From Octopus sinensis (taxonomy: Eukaryota), in the NCBI RefSeq assembly GCF_006345805.1, contig NC_043013.1, forward strand, positions 25,544,001 through 25,608,000: a stretch of DNA of 64,000 nucleotides. Reading direction: 5' to 3'. Below, one piece after another: positions 40,899-53,399 of this stretch. A program made the translations under genes and the position numbers. The notes beneath the pieces were generated by a model. That model did no database searches. It saw only the letters and a program-made list of their open reading frames with translations, and was not told where the DNA came from. Positions within the stretch are counted from its first letter, which is position 1, and the number at the start of each line of letters is the position of its first letter.

Positions 40899-41420
40899 TG
40901 CCAGGGAATAAACAAGTATGTAATTTTTCTATATAGTCTCCTTCCTTTTCAATGCACTTGTTGCAGCAATCCACAAGCTTGTGTATTCCCTCCAAGAAGA
41001 AGGTTTACTGTATGTCATGCAACCATTTATGCACTGCTTTCTTCACATCTTCATCTGTAGGAAATAGACAACCTCATAAACCATCTTTGAGCTGTCCTTG
41101 GGTGTTCCAGCACCTCAAAACCCAAATGCTTAATGGTTTCAACAGTCTGGGTAGCCATGTGGTGGCACGTTGTGCAATAACAAAGCTTTCTTCGGCAATT
41201 GTGTATATACAACGGGCTTTTTTCAGTTATATGTTTAAATTCATTCACAAGGCTTTAGTTGGCCTGGAGCTTGAGCAGAGGGCAATTGCCCAATTGTGTC
41301 ATGCAGTGGGACTGAACCAGTGATGACATGGTTGGGAAACATATTCCATCTGACCTATACAAACATGGAAAAGTGGACACTAAAACGATGATGATGAGGG
41401 TATATACATACATACATACA

Positions 41421-41740
41421 CACAACATCTGTGTGGACACGTGGGAGGTAACAGCTGCTGACCGCTCTGCCTGGTGTCGGACAGTGAGGAAAGGCGTTTC
41501 CATGGCTGAGGAAAGGAGAGCACAGCTGTGGTCGGACAGGCGGGACAGGAGGAGGACAACTGCAGCAACACCCCACACGTACCCATCGATGTTCGTGTGC
41601 AGCAACTGTACCAGGGACTGCCACTCTAGAATTGGACTGTTCAGTCACAGCAGACGCTGCTCATCATCAAAGTAGGCCCCACCCTTGGCGCGACCCATTG
41701 TCTATCAAGACAGACGGGATAAAAGAAAAAGAAAAGAAGA
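41421..41740 (+). mobile_element. 3' fragment of a second RTE family (BovB-like, C-terminal C2H2-type finger)
   Basis: WEVTAADRSAWCRTV...FVCSNCTRDCHSRIGLFSHSRRC*, short 3' UTR, A-rich tail. Confidence 0.8.
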
Positions 41741-41984
41741 TACATACATATGTACGTCATTCTTAAAATATCATTCTTAATCAATCACATAAACTTGAAC
41801 CTATGAGATAATGGTTGACAAAACAATGTGGATATATAAGGATTACATTTGTCAAATAATCTGGATGATAAAGGGATAATTATGGATATTCCTGCCAAGT
41901 TTCAGTATAACAAAAGTAGTTCTTGAAAAATTTCAGCATATATTATAGGCGCAGGAGTGGCTGTGTGGTAAGAGCTTGCTTACT

Positions 41985-43950
41985 GCGCATGTGTCATTGT
42001 TAGTGTTTTCTTTGCACTGCTAGGAGTCACGTTGCTGTACACTAATGTTGTGAATTATTGAACAAGTGAAGCACAACTACCAGGTAAGACTTTTGGGTTT
42101 TTTTTGGGATTCAGTGGGGGTTTGTTGCTCGTGTTTGATTATTTTGTCGAACAAGAAACCTCCACTGAGTTCCACGCATTTGTCTGCCTGTAGTTGTGTT
42201 TAAAGTCTCACTTGGGGGTGAAAAGTGTGTTTTGGGGCGTATCCCTCCTCCTATAATTGTGCTTATTTTTTACCATTTTTGTGTGACTGTTTTGTGCCCT
42301 TACCAAGAGGCTTACCGAGTTGGCCAGGAGTACCAGGATGGCCAGAATAGTTTGCTGTGTTTTGGAACTGTTTCTTGTCTTCTTCCTTCCTTCCTGCATT
42401 GTTTTTTGTGAACCTTTTTAAAAAAAAAAAACATGGCAAAAAAGACAAACAATACCGCATTGGAGTGGGAGATTGCCCCACCTAAACTGTGGATGAAAAA
42501 TTTTGAAGAGAGGACAGTGGTGTTAAGGACTTACTCAAATTTGCTCAACACCATCGCCCTCTTTCAAAAGACTCAGATTTTAAAAGAGTTGGCAGAGTAT
42601 TTGCCAACTATTAAATTCATCTCTAGCGGGGTCAAATATGTAACGGTGAGGTTGCTATTTGACACCCCTGAGGAGGCTCGCAAATTTGCGAGCCAGCCCT
42701 TAGAGGGCAAAGAGATTTTGTTTCTTCCCATGTATGGTGGGAAGAAGTTTACAAGAGCTTGGGTCTGCAGGTTGCCACCCGGGATAGAACCCAAGTGGAT
42801 AGAGGACACTATCCGCCAGGGTCTGGGTAGCAGCGGATCTAAGCTGCTTAATGTTAAAATTTTGCCAGTGTCTGATTGGGTTGGGTCAAAAGCTGTTTTG
42901 ACCCTGTGGACCCAATCAGCCAAGAACCTGGTTTTTCTGAATTTTTTGAAAATGGCTGGTTGCAGGTACCTGGTGATTCTTGAGGGACATCCCCCACCCC
43001 CAAGTATCACCTGTGTCTGGAACCAGGCCACATCAAAAAGAACTGTACCCAGGACGAGAGTAGGGTTCTGGAACAGTTGGTTGTGGAAGAGCCCCCACCT
43101 CCTCCTCTGGAGGGAGAGATGGAGGTAGTCGAGGAGGTAGGGACCTCCCCGGAAAAAAAGTGGGCAACAATGGTTGCTCACCAAAGGACTCTAAAACTTG
43201 GGAGGGAGTGATGATCCTCCAGTTAAAGTGAAGGAACCACCCCCTCCTGTATCAAAGACAAAAAAAAAAGAAAAAGAATGGGACAGTGCTGGCAGTTTGC
43301 AGTACACTGCCAGCATGTTCCAGAACCTCATCGGTGGGAATTGTGCCACCAATGAAGGAAACTGTGGCTCCTCCCAGTGTAATAAATGAGGAATTTGTGA
43401 TTTTCTTTCTTAAGGGAGGGGCTGTAGAGAACTTTGAGGAATTTTGAAGGTCGGGGAACAGTCAGTCCTAACCTGCATCGAAATCCCAGATTGGCTGCGG
43501 AGGTCATAGAGGAAAATTACTTCTATAGGGTGATGGATTCCTTTACTAAGGAAGAATATAATTATCTTTTTTGGGACCCTGGCTTGCGACTGCAGGATTG
43601 CCTGCAGGTGGCAAGAGACTTAATCGGGGAGGCAGAGTAAGAGGTCTTAGTGCCTCGATTAGAACTTGGAGATTGGTAAGAGGCTTAGCGCCTCAAGTTG
43701 AATATTTGCTGAACTTTTTCAATTGCTTAAGAGGCTCAGTGCCTCAATTTGTAATTATTGTATGAGATTCAACACCTCATTTGTGTTTTAAAAAGGAACA
43801 ATGTTATCGGGAAGTAACAATTGGCGGGCGTTGGCTGCTTCCCCCCACCAACCATCTCTTTTTTTCATTTCATCATCATCATTGTGTCTGTGTCCAGCCC
43901 GCAAAGCTTCATCTGTATTATGCCTTTATGACAAATATAATGAAATAAAG
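41985..43950 (+). mobile_element. ORF1-only L1/Tx1-like retroelement (HAL1-like) splitting a tRNA-derived SINE
   Basis: Frameshifted ORF from 42433 to about 43640 with an RRM-like segment and a knuckle remnant KYHLCLEPGHIKKNC (~43003-43047); no APE/RT; AATAAA near 43944; SINE head at 41948-41984 resumes near 43951. Confidence 0.6.
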
Positions 43951-46292
43951 AAGTTTCATTCCCACTGTGTACCACCTCGGGCAAGTGTCTCCTACTATAG
44001 TCTCAGGCTGACCAAAGCTTTGTGAGTGGATTTGGTAGATGGAAACTGAAAAAAGCCCATCTCTCTCTATACACACACACACAGATACATTGTGTGCCTG
44101 TGTTTGTTACCCCACCATTGCTTGACAACCGATGCTGGTGTGTTTACGTCTTTGTAACTAAGCAGTTTGGCAGAAGAGACTAATACATTAAGTACTAGGC
44201 TTACAAAGAATAATTTGTTTGACTGAAGGCAGTGCTCCAGCATGGCTGCAATCAAATGACTGAAACAAGTAAAAGAATAAAAGACTATAAAAAGGTAAAA
44301 AAAATTTTTAGATTGTGTGTATTTGATGGCGTCATCACAAAAATGCTAATGTCAGCTATTATATTGTTAAAAGTATTTAGAATTTTTTTCTCTGCAGTAC
44401 CTATGTCCATGGTCACAGCCTCAGAGGTACTGGAAAAATTTTAAACACTATAAAAGTACTAGATTTTCTAGGATAAAATGATGACATCAGCGACATCTTT
44501 GTAATGTAGAAATGTTTGCTTATTAATGTGCCAAGTTTCATTGTCATAGTATTACTGGTCCCGTAATAAAGTGGCGATAGGAGGATCTGAAAGCTCCACC
44601 ACCCATGCTTATGGAGCACTAAAACTACCTGGTTTTACAGAGTTAAGATCTACTACCCATAAAATATAAATGAAATATAAGTAGAAATTTAATCCAGTTT
44701 TGTCAAGTGCCATTACAAAGTGGAAATGCGCGTGGATGTAACTTTGCAAGTGTGTCTGCCACATGTTATTCAGCTTGTTTTAAAAGCTATTATTTTGTGC
44801 AAGCATATCAAATGTTATTAAAGATTATGCAAATTAGGGCTTTGTATATGTACATATGTTGAGTATTACATATTTCCACAATGCTTCTATTAATGACAAT
44901 AGACCACAAAAGAACTCAATGCAAAGCTAATTTGGTATGAGCAGAAATTTGCTGTCTACATGATAATAATGTTATAGAAATAAACAACTGAAATTAATTG
45001 CACTGTCATTAAATATAATACAATTAAATACGCTTGCACACACACATACGTTTTTGGGTTTTTTATTTTTTATTTTTTGTAAAGTGTTTCTTTTTTTAAA
45101 GCCAAAACAATGGAAGTTGAAAAAAAATGTTAAATACTGGTTAACAGTTAGTATTGTTCTGCAGTATTTCACTATTTCAGGGTAAGGACTCCTTCTTCAG
45201 GAAATCTAAGAAAAAAAGGTGTTGGTAGCCAACTTCTCTGAAACATTGAAATACTGGGTAACACTATTAACCAATGACCTGTATTTTGAGGTTTTAATTT
45301 GTTTTGGCTTTAAAAGAAAACATGTACAACAGTTGACAGGAGCCAACCAGGTAGAAAATCTACCCTGGGTTACTGTGCCAGTTTTTGTGGGGATTTTATG
45401 ACTGGATTCCCTCCTTAACACCAACCACCATTACTCCCAGGTCTGTTTTGGCCCAGAACAGTGTTACTGCCATTTTTTGTTAAATAATAGTAACTATTGG
45501 AGCCTTATATATTGTAAATATGAATTTCACAAATTGGATTGAAAAGATAGTGGCATATGTAGGAATAAAGCATCTTCTATAGTAAGCAATATTGCTTCAA
45601 ACAGCACATCCTCTGTAGGGTTCTCAAAATTTGAAGGAAGTGTGTTACCTTAGTCCACTGATCATGGACAGCTGACACTTTGCAACCTTCTCCAGGGAAG
45701 TTGATATGATAAAATAATAATAATCATAATGTTTCATTCATCATCCTTAAACAAATCTTATTCAGGAATCTTTTGAGCAAAATGGGCTACTCAACCTGAC
45801 ACAAGACTTTGATAATGTACTTTACTTTAAAGAGTTGAGAGAAACTTCATAGTCTCCAGCTGACAACACATGGTCTGTCGTATAGCCAGCTGGAGATGAT
45901 GCCTCCTGGGGCTAAATTACAGCAACATTCATCCTAAACCAGGACTGCCATGTTATGTTGGCAAAAATCTTTACTCCAAAGTACTGTTGCTGAACATCTT
46001 GTTGTGAGATTTAAAAATAGTAATTTTCTAACTTAGTAACCATTAAGCTTGTGTTAGGAACATAAATTGTGACTAAGGTTTGGTGGAAGATTTTAATTCA
46101 AAACTTATGAAAACAAGACATTTGTACATTATTTACATTTGATGGATATTTGTCTTCCTCTTGAATGTTGTTAACACAACATTTTGGCTGATATACCCTC
46201 CAGCCTTTATCAGGTGTCTTGGGGAAATTTTGAACCTGGGTTCTCATTCCTAAGGTATTTTTCGATGTTGTTATTATTATTATTATTATTGT

Positions 46293-46364
46293 GGCTTATG
46301 GCATATTGGTTAAGAGCGTGAGCTACTAACCCCAAGATTCTGAGTTCAATTCCAAGTAGTGACC
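46293..46364 (+). promoter_or_regulatory. tRNA-derived Pol III internal promoter (SINE-type head, not a functional tRNA)
   Basis: A-box TGGCATATTGGTTAAG, anticodon-like loop CTACTAA, B-box GAGTTCAATTCC; acceptor stem imperfect. Confidence 0.7.
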
Positions 46365-46432
46365 TGAATAATAATAATGATAATTTTGAAAAAAACCTTA
46401 GGAATGAGAACCCAGGTTTGAAATTTCCCCAA

Positions 46433-46478
46433 GACACCTGATGAAGGCTGGAGAGTATATCAGCCGAAATGTTGTGTT
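46433..46478 (+). ncRNA. Minimal type I hammerhead ribozyme (PLE type)
   Basis: GACAC-CTGATGA-A-GGCTG-loop10-CAGCC-GAAA-TG-T-T-GTGTT: stem I GACAC/GTGTT, stem II GGCTG/CAGCC, vestigial stem III (ATGT, likely from palindromic ACGT). Confidence 0.75.
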
Positions 46479-48626
46479 AACAACAAACAAAATGAGGACA
46501 AATATCCTTCAAATGTAAATAATGTACATAATTCCTCATCTCTTAAATATAGAACTGTAAGATATTTATACTCAGAGCCAGAGCCGGTTTCAGCCGGGTT
46601 GGTAACGAAAGGGTTAAGCCAGCATGGAAGAGTGTGGCTGATGAAACAAGCATGAGGTACACTAGCCATTAACATTGATTCATATAATGGAGACAATTGT
46701 CTCATGTAAGTGTGCCATCTTCCGCAGGTGGAGAGAGAGGGTGGGAAATGAAGACGAATTACTATTCATTGTTTTAGTTTGGGTAGCCACTATGTACCTA
46801 GCATGTTAGGCAATGTACCCCTGATCTGGTTACACCTCCATCAGGTGTCCTTTTGTTTCGTATCTCTTACTTGTCTCAGTCATTAGACTGCGACCATGCT
46901 GGGGCACTGCCTTGAAGAATTTTAGTCAAATCAATTTGATCCCCAGTAGATTTTTGTTTAAGCCTGGTACTTATTCTGTTGGTCTCTTTTGATGAACTGC
47001 TAAGTTATGGGGAAATAAACACACCAACACTGGTTGTCAAGCAGTGGTCACATACAAACACACACAAATACAATGGGCTTCTTTCTGTTTCTGTCTCCCA
47101 AGTTCTCTTGCAAAGCTTTGGTTGATTGAGGCTGTAGTAGAAGACACTTGCCCAAGGTGCCACACAGTGGGACTGAACCAGGAACCATTTGGTTGTGAAG
47201 CAACCACTTCTGAATCTACATTATGTGTGCTTCTCATTACTTAAGCCCTTGACCATCAAACACAAAACTAATTAAGTTCTGGAAATACTGTTTGTTTATT
47301 TATTCTTTTGAGTGGGGAGGATCATTTCAAAAGGTTAATAAACAGCAAGTAGATAATAATTTTTTTATTTGACTAGATATATTTTATTGTGTAATATAAA
47401 TGATAATAGCAGTGCATTTTCAGTTGACAATTAACACGATTTTTGACACTAAATACAATTAAACTAGTTTTATATTACCTTTTTATTATAATTTATTTAA
47501 TTTTGTTTTGAATACAAAAGTTAGGATGTTTATACAGGATATTCATCCACTTTTCTTAAGTTGTGTAATTCTTTCCGATCATTTCTAATTACCTTGATTT
47601 TGAGTTTCTTTTGTTATATTTCTGCTCTAATTCGCACCAATTGCCAACCACCAGCCTATTAACATCCTCATTTTTCATTCTCATTCAAAGTATGTAAATT
47701 CCACACCCCACTTATTACCATCACATCATCATGTAATATATTATGTTCAGTTTTAGTTCTTCTTTCATGTCAAAACACAATTTATTTATTACTAAATATA
47801 AAATCAACAACATAATAGGTTAAATGGATATTTTAAAATCCTGGTTGAGTTAACCAAATTTTCTTTTCAAATACTTATGATATTAAAAATTGTTAAGTAG
47901 ACTTCACCTTTTCTAGTTTCTTTTATACTCCTTCAATCCTATTGATAATGGGAGTGCATTTCCAGTTGACTATTTACACAATTTTTGACAATAAATACAA
48001 TAAAATTAGTTTTATCTTACCTTTATTTAAGCCATTGAAACATCACTGAAGTTTAAGAATGGAGTGCAGAAAACATTCAACTTCAAAACTTTCAGGAATT
48101 ATAATTAGATTCCAAGTTCTGATAGATGAGTATAGAAATCTTCTGTCCAAAAACTGTGCATCTTGGTATTGATAAGTTATACACAGGCAGAAATACGTTG
48201 GCCTTTGGGAATGGTGACTTTTATACTGTAGCAGAAGCATTCCTTTCAGTTTTGATAGCCTGTAGCTTCTGTGCATTTTGTGGAGCAGTGTCACTTCAGC
48301 AACATGTCTCCTGTGTTGAAGGAGGCAAAGAGGGAGTTATTGTATGGTCACTTGAACTGCTAGAGATAGCAGCCATTTAAAAATAAGTAGGACACATTGG
48401 ATAGTGTAGTTCTGGACATATCTGTACAAAGATGGGATTGTTATGGCTAGAATATCTTTGATCATAGGTTTGCTTGAGCTGGGGCTAAATGACAAAATAT
48501 CTTAAAAGTAGTGCTGTGGAGTTGGTACACAAAAACTTCAGTTCAATCTCAGACTTCTCAATTTATTACAATAGCATCACAGACTGCAATTCTGATTGTT
48601 CTATTTGTAATTAGACTAACTTGTTG

Positions 48627-48763
48627 GGTATGGCTGTGTGGATAGGCACAGGCATAGCTGTGTGTTTAGGCACAGGTATAGCTGCGTGGGTAGGCACAGG
48701 TATAGCTGTGTGCGTAGGCACAGGTATGGCTCTGTTGAGAGGCACAGGTATGGCTCTGTGGTT
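48627..48763 (+). repeat. 24-bp tandem repeat of a SINE 5' end (GGCACAGGTATRGCTGTGTGGGTA), ~5.7 units
   Basis: Units at 48645, 48669, 48693, 48717, 48741; the last unit continues into the SINE body. Confidence 0.85.
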
Positions 48764-48880
48764 AAGAAGCTTGCTTCTCAACCAAGCAGTCTTGGGTTCA
48801 GTCCCATTGTGTGTGGGACCTTGGGCAAGTGGCTTCTATTATAGCCCTAGACTGACCATCTCATTGATGGAAAGCACATA

Positions 48881-50121
48881 CAAGGTGTGTAAGATATTTG
48901 AGGATAGATTTATGTTTATAAAAAACACATGATAACAGATAATAACTTTATCTATCAAAAAATGCTATGAGGATAAAAATAAAACTTCTTTTCTGTAATG
49001 TTATTCAATAAAGCCACTTTCAGCTTCAACATCTGCTTCTATATGAGATCTAAATCATCTACATGCTCAAATCAAGTGGTCCTGATTCATTTTGGACATT
49101 ACTCTGACCATGGCAGCTTTCAAAGAATCTTTGGTGTTATAGGTGTGTTCGTTGACCTCTCTCTCAACAATGCTCCACATGTAATAGTCTAATGGATTGA
49201 GATCTGGGGAATTAGGAGGCCAAATGTTAGGAGTTATGTGATCATGAAAATTTTGAGCCATCCATTCCTGTGTTACTAGAGTCATGTATGATAGTGATGA
49301 GTCTTACTGAAACACATATGGCCTTCCATTGCATACACTGTCTATCCAGGGTTTAATTATTTCTAAGACCTAAATGTAGGCGGCAGAGTTAACTCTAAGG
49401 CCTTGTGGCAAGAAGTAAGGAGGCATCACATGTTATTCATTGTTGATAACCCCTAAAACCTTGACAGTTGCATAAAAGTTGGTATGCATAACACTTGGAA
49501 CTTCAGAAGAGTCTACACATAACCATCTGTTATTTCTTCTGTTAACTTTTTGATCTTGGTCAAGGTTTTTCTTGTCTAAGAAAAACCAAATCAAATCTTC
49601 TTCTGTTGGATTTTTCAGTCGGTTTATGAGCCCTTTAGATGTTGTGATTTTCTTTTGCTTTTTCTGACAAATTGACCTTTCTTCATCATATAAGGTGTCT
49701 TCATGGACAATATTTCTGACTGTTCCTCCTGAAATATGGAGATCTTTTACAATTGACCTCATGGACTTTCTGGGATTGTAATCAATGGTCTGTTGAACTT
49801 GTTGGATAAATTCAAGTGTTCTGATGATTTCAGAGCATTTGGAATGCTTTTTATGCTTTGATACTGGTGATACATTTCCATCTTCAGTTTCTAGCTCCTT
49901 GCAAACTTTGTAGACGAAGAATCTGGCAACTTTTAAAAGTTGAGATATTTCTAAATTGCTATGCTCAGCCTTTATAACCACAACAACAGCATGCCTTTTC
50001 ATTTTTTGAGCAAGCTGAGGGTCTGTCATTATTATTTTCTGAAACAAAGATTATACAGAGTTAGCAAAAAATGCAGCAATGACCCCAAAAAGGTATGTCC
50101 TCAAATACTTTATGCACCCTG
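48881..50121 (-). mobile_element. Second copy of the maT/DD37D-like transposon
   Basis: Same TIRs with TA flanks; ORF 49433..50047 and WPPNSPDLNPLDYYMW in ORF 49067..49285. Confidence 0.9.
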
Positions 50122-51764
50122 TATACTCAAGCAATATGAACCATCAGGCTATTTTTTAAGCACCCTTACCTGTTAAAGTTTAGGCTTATGGCCCTGACAA
50201 TTACCTTAACATAGTTCTTAGGGAGATTCAGCATGACACAGAGTGTGTCATAGTTGAACCTTTGAAATACAGGTACAACACATTTTTGCCATCTGAGTGG
50301 AGTGGATCAATGTGAAATAAAATGCCTTGCTCAAGGGGCTTAAACTCCTGATCTTATATGTGTGAGCCAAATAACCACTGAGCCATGCACCTTCACTCTT
50401 GGTTTACCATTTTCTGTATCACAACTGATGGAAGGACTTGATTAACTGAGCAACAAAACCTAGTAAACTGAAAGTTAGAACACAAAAGAAGCTGCAAACT
50501 CTTGAATGCCTAAACATATTTCTGTCATTAACTAACAAGCCTGTCTAATATAGCGGAAAAGTATTTACAAATTCCTTGCTCTTCTATATTCTTTTACTGG
50601 TTTCCTTCATTGGCTTGCGGTTAGGCACCATCTCCAGAGGTTTTTAGAGGGTGATATTGCTCTCCACTACTTGTTTCAGTCATCATCTTACTCATCGTTC
50701 ATGTTGGACAAGTTTGATAGGAACCAGCAAAAAGCCAAAAGACTGCATCACCAAACTGCAGTGTTGGTGATGGCATGGCTTCTGCAGCTGGATGTCCTTT
50801 CTAATGCCAGCCACTTTACAATGTGGACTGGATGATTTATATGTGACACCAGCTCCAGTGAGGTTACATAGCAATTTGCAGGACAAGACCCCATCCTCAA
50901 CTAAGGGGGAGAGAGAGAGAGAGAGAGAGTATTGTTCATCCAAAATATTCCTGTCAGAATTTGTATGAACTGTGGTACATTTTGAGATATAAACAACACC
51001 TCAGCTTCATAACCAGGTCATAGATAATCCTGTGGTACATCCCTTCTATAATGGTTCATTTTCACAAGGCCGAAACTCCCTTATTATTGTGTTGTTATTC
51101 CCATTCAAACCTTCAGGCCAATAAATGAAGTCCTGATGAACTGAAAAATATTGACTACATGAAAAGGGCTATAAGAGAAGAAACTTGCCTAAGGTACTGC
51201 ACAATGGAATTGAACCATGGTTGGGAAGTGAACATACTTGTACATTTGTATATATTTGTATATGCACTTATGTATGAGGGTGTGCTGTGAAAAACCTGTT
51301 TGGAGGCCCAACCTTCTGAGTTCTTTTACAAGGCTTAGAAAAACTGAAGGACTATTGCAGTATGTGAGTGAATCAGAGAGGGGAATATGTTGAATAAAAT
51401 CATAATTAACTGATCCTCCTCTATTTTTTTTTACCCACAGCCACAAACTTTTCAACACTCCCTCGTATGTATGTGTTGGTGTATTTGTATGTCTGTATAA
51501 TTATCATTGCTGTCTCCCTGTTACTGCATCTCCTCATTATTTTTCTGAGTGCATTGGGTGTTTCATCCAGTGTTGTTTATGGTAGCTGTTGACTTAGTGA
51601 GTGTGTTTCTCACGCTGCCCAAAGAAGTGACTGACATCACTCATGAGCAATTAACAGAAGATTTTATTGTTGCACTTAGAATTTAAACTGTGTTGGTCTC
51701 TTGCGAATAATGACAGCAATAATTACAGACTTGGGGAGATGGGAAAACTGAACTACATTTGAAG

Positions 51765-52847
51765 GGTGTTAGGACAATTCTTTCATTGTTGGTTAATTTG
51801 TCCCTGGTCAATTCGTCGTTGATCAAGTCATCCCCAGGTCAGTTCACCACTGGCCAATTTGTCCCAAAATTATCTTAAATGTAATTTTCGAGGTGAAGTT
51901 TAGAACAGTGACTTTAGAATTGAAATTGTTGTTGGACAGTTTTAGGTAATCTTTTTCCCTTCTTTAACTCCCTCCCCCCCACTCTCTCTCAAGTATCTGT
52001 ACTGAACAGTTTACGAACAAAGATTTTCAAGCAAATCAAATTAAATTTATTGAATACGCCCACATGACTACCTGCAAGATCATAACTTCAGAGAAAGGAA
52101 AAAAATCAAAGTGGTCGATCAAGAAAATTATATATACACAAAAAGTAAGCAGAATGCAGATGGATTGAAGATATATTGGAGGTGCGAAAATTGTGTGTGC
52201 AAGGCGAGACTTCAAACAGATGAAAATTATAAAGAGCTTAAGAAGACTTGGATCCATAATCATGCTTCAACTGCTGCAGAGGTAAATGCAAGGATAATAG
52301 TTTCAAATATTAAAGTAAAGTCTGTTTCATCGCGTGATGCCCCTCACTCAATTATCGCTAGTGAAGTTCAGAATTTAAATGACTGTACATTGTTGCAAAT
52401 AGCTCTGTTTGCACAGCTTCATAAGAATATTAGACGTTGGAGGCAAGCTGATTCCAACTATCCTGCCACCCCTTTTACAAATGTTGGGTTTTCCATTGGG
52501 TGAATACTCCTACCTTGACAACGATGAAACATTTTTACAGTATGACAGCAGGATGGAAGATTCAAAATGAATACTAATATTTGCAAGTGACGAAGCACTT
52601 CAGCAGTTAAAACAGCACAAGAACTGGGCAACAGATGGAACATTTAGGTGCTGCTGTAATTGCACACAGTCTTAAATTTTAAGAAAAATATAAATACGTA
52701 ATACAGCAAACCTTAAAATAAACGTTTTTTAATTCAGATATTTGTTTGTCCATTTTCCTTGTGATCTTGACTAGCTGACCTGGGGACTAATTTACCAACG
52801 ATGAATTGTCTGGGGACAAATTGCCGTCAACGAATTGACCGTACACC
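51765..52847 (+). mobile_element. Internally deleted Mutator/MULE element with FLYWCH domain
   Basis: ~85-bp imperfect TIRs GGTGT...ACACC; TSD ATTTGAAG/ATTTAAAG; ORF 52111..52503 YIY...IYWRC...CKARL...HNH, then LIFASDEALQQL...WATDGTF. Confidence 0.85.
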
Positions 52848-53399
52848 ATTTAAAGAAGTTACTTATGAGATATTGTGTGACTGTTTAGTTTGGTCTGTCC
52901 AAGAATCTGGAGATGTCTGCACAAATGTTTGGCAGGATTGGAGCTGCATTTTGCTCCACAGCCTTCCAACATTCTGCTTGGCAAGAAGTGAGATGTCTGG
53001 CGGAGTTGGCTGGTCTCAACGCTCTGCAAAGAGTTAAGGCACCAAAAAGCAGCTTTATATAGGGTTCAGACAGAAGATTCTAGAAGATTGAATCCTGCAA
53101 TTGCTTGACATTGACTGGCTTATGTGAAACTATTGTGGTTTGGTCATGATGTCTGACCAGGTAGCCAGAGATTTAGTTTCAAATCTCAGTAACACTATCG
53201 ATGTCTCTTATATTTCACCTTCCTTTTATACACCATCAGCCCAGCCATTCTTCTTGTGATACTCTCTTTCCTTTCTTCTGCTCAGTCTACTTCATTGTCT
53301 GCAGTCGTGTCTCCCTTCTACTCACTCTTGCTCATCATTATCCTAAAACAATGGAGACAAAGTAGATGCAGGAAGGAGTCCTTCCTATCATTCTGAGTG

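Larger units (their letters stand above)
46128..46558 (+). mobile_element. Foldback non-autonomous PLE-like retroelement: inverted arm, tRNA-derived head, HHR-bearing arm, ~30-nt tail
   Basis: Arms ~46123-46290 and ~46366-46528 are reverse complements; 13-bp imperfect TSD AAGACATTTGTAC (46115-46127) / AAGATATTTATAC (46559-46571); nested in the TTAA MITE family. Confidence 0.8.

Noticed and set aside
46293-46364. Functional tRNA gene
   Set aside because: Acceptor and anticodon stems are mismatched and it is embedded in a mobile element; treated as a SINE-type head.
51129-51156. AGTC-CTGATGA-ACT-GAAA-AATATT-GACT hammerhead-like string
   Set aside because: Only 3 nt lie between the core boxes, so stem II cannot form; chance or a deleted relic.
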